From positions 128,001 through 192,000 of the forward strand of contig CAWGYD010000005.1 of NCBI GenBank assembly GCA_963826785.1: a stretch of 64,000 nucleotides of DNA, given 5' to 3'. This DNA comes from an uncultured delta proteobacterium. Its GTDB lineage: Bacteria > Desulfobacterota > Desulfobacteria > Desulfobacterales > Desulfosalsimonadaceae. Positions 60,191 to 64,000 of this stretch are shown here, piece by piece. Under the pieces are notes generated by a model. That model had not been told where the DNA came from and did no database searches. It saw only the letters and a list, made by a program, of their open reading frames with translations. The stretch's first letter is position 1; each line of letters opens with the position of its first letter. Both the position numbers and the translations under genes were made by a program.

Positions 60191-60856
60191 ATGAAACCAT
60201 CAGATCAAACCCTTTGCAGCTACTGCGGCAAAAAACGCTGCTTCATGGGCGACCTGTCCAAAGCGCCGGAATTCTGCCCGACCCACCGGCAGCCGGAAGC
60301 CCTGGCCGCGGCCCGGCAAAAGCTGGATGAGCCTGAAAACAGCGAGATGGCGCGATCGGTGGCGAAAACCTGGAAGGAGTACGGCAAGCTCACCCGGGTG
60401 GAGGAGACCATCCAGTATGCCCGGCTGCGCGGGTACGGCAAACTGGGGATCGCCTTTTGCGTGGGGCTTTCGGAAGAGGCCGAGAAGCTGACCAACCTGC
60501 TGATCAATGAACGCTTCGAGGTCGTATCGGTCTCCTGCATGTGCGGGGCCTTAAGCTCGGACGACGTGAATCTTCCCGACGAAGACAAGATCGTCCCCGG
60601 CATGCGCCAGCCCATGTGCAACCCCATCGGCCAGGCCGCGGTGCTGGATGCCGAAGGGGTCGAGCTCAACATCCTGCTCGGCCTGTGCGTAGGCGACGAC
60701 ACGCTCTTCATCAAGCATTCAAAAGCCCCGGTCACGGTGCTGGCGGTCAAGGACCGGGTCCTGGCCCACAACCCCCTGGGCGCGCTCTACACCTCCCGGC
60801 ACATCTACACCCGCCTCAACACCCGCAAACCCAAAACCATGGAGCCCGGGGAATAG
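60191..60856 (+). CDS. DUF1847 family Cys-rich protein
   Basis: TRVEE, KLGIAFCVGL, MCNPIGQA, GLCVGDD, KDRVLAHNP; GGAGG RBS. Confidence 0.88.
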   Translation: MKPSDQTLCSYCGKKRCFMGDLSKAPEFCPTHRQPEALAAARQKLDEPENSEMARSVAKTWKEYGKLTRVEETIQYARLRGYGKLGIAFCVGLSEEAEKLTNLLINERFEVVSVSCMCGALSSDDVNLPDEDKIVPGMRQPMCNPIGQAAVLDAEGVELNILLGLCVGDDTLFIKHSKAPVTVLAVKDRVLAHNPLGALYTSRHIYTRLNTRKPKTMEPGE

Positions 60857-60947
60857 CGCACTGCACAAGATCACATTTTTTTCTGAGCGGTCGCTGTAAT
60901 CCGGCCAGTGTTGATTTTCCATTCCCCGATCAACGCGGCTTTCCTTC

Positions 60948-60984
60948 TCCCCCCTTTAGTAAAAAGGGGGGCAGGGGGGGATTT
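60948..60984. repeat. C-rich/G-rich palindromic REP-like unit
   Basis: TCCCCCCTTT-AGTAA-AAAGGGGGG-CAGGGGGGGATTT; same family as 7826 and 46430. Confidence 0.65.
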
Positions 60985-61161
60985 AAAAAGGGCAGCCTCA
61001 AATCCGGCAAATCGGACTCTCCTGTCCATCCATATCAACCGTAGATAAATCACCTTGACTTCAAGAATAATTTTTCCTAAAAAATCTGATTAGATACATA
61101 CAAGGCTGAACACCATATCCACATCGGAATCTGTCAAACCATATCAAACGATATCGCGAAA

Positions 61162-62162
61162 TTGGATAAAGCCGTGCATCCATCCGATCCGCATGCGGAG
61201 AAAAAAGAACAGGCCCATTCCCCTCCAACCATCCGGCCGCCCAAGCTAATGGACCAGCTGCGCGAGGCACTTCGGTCCCGCCATTACAGCCGGCGGACCG
61301 AACAAACATATTGCAGTTGGGTCAGGCGATTTATTCATTTTCATGGTGTTCGTCACCCGGCTGATATGGCCGAACCTGAGATAAATGCGTTTCTGACCCA
61401 CCTTGCAGTAAAGGATAAAGTCAGCGCTTCCACCCAGAACCAGGCACTGAGTGCATTGCTTTTTCTCTACCGCCATGTTCTTGAACGCGAAATAGGCGAT
61501 CTGGGTAAAGTTATACGGGCCCGCAAACCAAAGCGCCTGCCCGTGGTAATGACCCGTGAAGAAGTCAAGGCGGTAGTCAATCAGCTGAAAGGCGATAAAT
61601 GGCTGATGGGAATGCTTATGTACGGCGCGGGTCTCAGGCTGATGGAGGGTGAAGAGGAATGCCTGCGGCTGAGGGTTCAGGATATCGATTTTGAAAAAAA
61701 TGAACTTTTGGTGCGCGATGGTAAAGGCGCAAAAGATCGAAGAACCATGCTGCCGTCATCTATCAAAATACCGCTTCAGCGCCATCTTGAACGTGTAAAA
61801 GAAATTCATGCCCATGATTTGGCCGAAGGGCTTGGTTCTGTCAAACTCCCGGGGGCTCTTGACCGAAAATACCCCAATGCTTCCAGGGAGTGGCGATGGC
61901 AGTGGGTTTTCCCCCAGGAAAATCGGTGGAAGAACAGGCAAACCGGTGAACAGGGACGCCACCATGTTCATGAAACTCTCATGCAACGAGCCGAGAGGGA
62001 AAAAAAATATTGGGAGAGCCCACCCACCTGCTAGAATCCGGGTATGACATAAGAACCATACAGGAATTGATGGGTCACAAAGACGTATCCACGACCATGA
62101 TCTATACGCATGTTTTGTGCGCAGGAGGACAGGGCGTTCGGAGTCCGGCAGATGAATTATAG
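61162..62162 (+). pseudogene. intI: Integron integrase, disrupted as assembled; start uncertain
   Basis: HYSRRTEQTY, STQNQALSALLFLY, LMYGAGLR, VRDGKGAKDR, IntI-specific RKYPNA..WQWVFP..RHH; tail [32 protein letters not shown] ends at TAG 62160-62162. The HxxR segment is replaced by ~30 purine-rich nt with a frameshift. Confidence 0.88.
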
Positions 62163-62268
62163 CCGGTATATGCAGTCTGCATATACCGGCAGCATTAAAT
62201 CGTAATTCAGGTGTAACTTATTAATATATAATATTTAAAATCTTTTATTCTTTAATTTGCATATTGTC

Positions 62269-62332
62269 TTATACAGACAATTACTTGTCTGTGTTTACGG
62301 TTTTATACAGAACTGCATATATATTGTTCGCC
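62269..62332 (+). other. Putative attI site (crossover G/TT at 62326/62327)
   Basis: GTTCGCC (62326-62332) is the exact complement of the R'' box GGCGAAC of the following attC; TTATACAGA direct repeats at 62269 and 62303; no attC stem upstream. Confidence 0.72.
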
Positions 62333-62966
62333 CGGAGTAAAATACTATATGAAATGGAATAGAATCTGTTTTTATCTTTTAGTTATATTATTTTTCAGTA
62401 TAAACGTATTTGCCAATGATGATAAGCAAATGCTTGATTTGGCTAATAGGCTTTTTCAAACTACAGCTATTCAGTGTAGCGATAACGATAAATGTTATTG
62501 TGTGGAATATAAATCTAAAGTCAATATACCTCAACGGTATGTTAAATCTCAATTTTGCAAAAAAGACACCTCTTCTGATAAGCAGATGTTTAGTTTTATT
62601 TCATGGGATAAAGAGGGGCATAAAGTCGATGAAGGGGATTATTCAATGGATGGAAAAATGATTGGTAACTGGGTGAGTTGGCACCCTAACGGAGAAAAGG
62701 CAGCTGAAGGTTTATACTCTGATGGTGAACCAGTTGGAGTTCATATAACATGGCATAAAAACGGGAAACGAGCCTCGAAGGGTCAATATTTAGATGGAAA
62801 AATGGATGGTATTTGGCTCATGTGGGATAGTTCCGGTAATTTGAAACAGAAATTTATCTGGAATAATGGTACGTTGGTCTCAAAAGAAGAACAATAGTTA
62901 AAAAAGGCGAACAATTGGGTGCACGTGAGCCTGCCGCTGACGCGTCAGCCCACGTGACCCAAAGCG
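62327..62966 (+). mobile_element. Integron gene cassette 1
   Basis: Bounded by TTCGCC and the attC crossover G; a single AT-rich ORF fills it. Confidence 0.85.
62349..62897 (+). CDS. Exported MORN-variant-repeat protein (YwqK-antitoxin-like repeats)
   Basis: Signal peptide ending VFA; repeats WHPNGEKAAEGLY, WHKNGKRASKGQY, WDSSGNL. Confidence 0.8.
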   Translation: MKWNRICFYLLVILFFSINVFANDDKQMLDLANRLFQTTAIQCSDNDKCYCVEYKSKVNIPQRYVKSQFCKKDTSSDKQMFSFISWDKEGHKVDEGDYSMDGKMIGNWVSWHPNGEKAAEGLYSDGEPVGVHITWHKNGKRASKGQYLDGKMDGIWLMWDSSGNLKQKFIWNNGTLVSKEEQ

Positions 62967-62972
62967 TTATGC
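62906..62972 (+). other. attC recombination site (67 bp)
   Basis: R'' GGCGAAC; TTGGGT-g-CACGTG pairs with CACGTG-ACCCAA (one unpaired base); central GCTGACGCGTCAGC; R' GTTATGC. Confidence 0.9.
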
Positions 62973-62995
62973 ACTACTAAAGTAGGTAATGAAAT

Positions 62996-64000
62996 ATGAG
63001 CGCACCTGACAGAATCAAAGAATTAACCGAGACATTTGATAATAATCTGGAATCCTATAAAAAAGGCATTTATAACGAAACCCAGGTGCGCCGAGAATTC
63101 ATCGACCCTTTTTTCGAAGAATTGGGTTGGGATGTCGGCAACAAGAGGGCCATGCCGAAGCCTATAAGGATGTGATTCACGAAGATGCCATCAAGGTTGG
63201 TGGCGTTACCAAAGCGCCGGATTATTGTTTTCGTATCGGCGGCACTCGTAAGTTTTTTCTGGAAGCGAAGAAACCGTCCGTCAATATTAAGGAAGATATC
63301 CATCCGTCCTACCAATTGCGCCGCTATGGCTGGAGCGCCAAGCTGCCCGCTCAGTATTCTCACGGACTTCGAAGAATTCGCCGTTTACGATTGCCGGGTA
63401 AAACCGGCGAAAACCGACAAGGCTTCCCATTCCCGCATCCTTTATCTGAAATACACGGATTATGAAGATCGGTGGGATGAAATCGCCGGCATCTTTTCCA
63501 ATGATGCAATCCTGAAAGGCTCCTTTGACAAATACGTCGAATCCAAAAAGGCAAAAAAGGAACCACCGAGGTCGATACCGCTTTCCTGCAGGAGATCGAG
63601 CGCTGGCGGGAACTCTTGGCCCGCAATATCGCCCTGCGGAACCCGAACCTTTCCCAGCGGGAATTGAATTTCGCCGTTCAGCAGACCATTGACCGGATCG
63701 TATTTCTTCGTATCTGCGAGGATCGGGGAATCGAAAATTACGGCGGGTTGATGGCCCTGCAGAACGGGGAGAATGTTTACGAGCGTCTGTTTCAGCTGTT
63801 CAATAAAGCGGATGAAAAATACAATTCCGGGCTGTTTCATTTCAAAAAGGAAAAAGGCCGCGAGAAATTGCGACAATCTGACGCCATGCCTGCAGATAGA
63901 TGACAAGCCTTTAAAGGAAATTTTCAAAAATCTGTATTATCCGGAAAGTCCTTACGAGTTTTCTGTCCTGCCGGCCGACATTCTCGGACAGGTTTATGAA
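62996..64000 (+). CDS. Type IIG restriction-modification enzyme (Eco57I-like fused REase-MTase), N-terminal part; several frameshifts; runs off the window
   Basis: YNETQVRREFIDPFFEELGWDV, APDY..FFLEAKKP (PD-ExK), YQLRRYGWSA, LTDFEEFAVYD, IDRIVFLRICEDRGIE, YNSGLF, PYEFSVLPADILGQVYE. Confidence 0.85.

Noticed and set aside
61050..61161. LexA box or attI upstream of intI
   Set aside because: No convincing SOS-box pattern or cassette structure seen; the attI/attC evidence lies downstream.

Overview
GC-rich bacterial chromosomal window. Gene content (Hdr/MvhD redox genes, sigma-54 systems, DUF1847, DVU0298-like HEAT protein) suggests a Desulfobacterota/Desulfobacterales-like anaerobe; this is inference. 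Main contents, left to right: (i) Isf-ArsC fusion, class II photolyase, NUDIX hydrolase; (ii) a 7-gene heterodisulfide-reductase-type cluster (hdrC-hdrB-hdrA-mvhD-fdhB/frhB-like-double hdrA-like-CCG/Fe-S protein) whose last gene reads through an in-frame UGA in an E-U-G-H motif with a SECIS-like hairpin; (iii) a sigma-54 promoter, palindromic enhancer and c-di-GMP-I (GEMM) riboswitch with an overlapping terminator, ahead of a ~1,500-aa IPTL-CTERM surface protein built from ten 366-bp repeats; (iv) a sigma-54 envelope module of four exported proteins plus HK/RR; (v) housekeeping and signalling genes (moeA, ptsP, mscS, PAS kinases, REC-PAS-GGDEF-HD-GYP, gpmA, Hsp20, UPF0182), a secreted protease/unknown/FG-GAP trio and an FGGY-kinase/sphingosine-1-phosphate-lyase-like pair; (vi) an integron at the right end with intI co-oriented with its array, attI downstream of intI, one complete cassette with a clear attC, and a second cassette starting a Type IIG restriction-modification gene. 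About a dozen single-base frameshifts in otherwise intact genes point to long-read consensus errors, so pseudogene calls are tentative. No tRNA, rRNA or CRISPR array was recognised. Family assignments come from motif recognition, not database searches.
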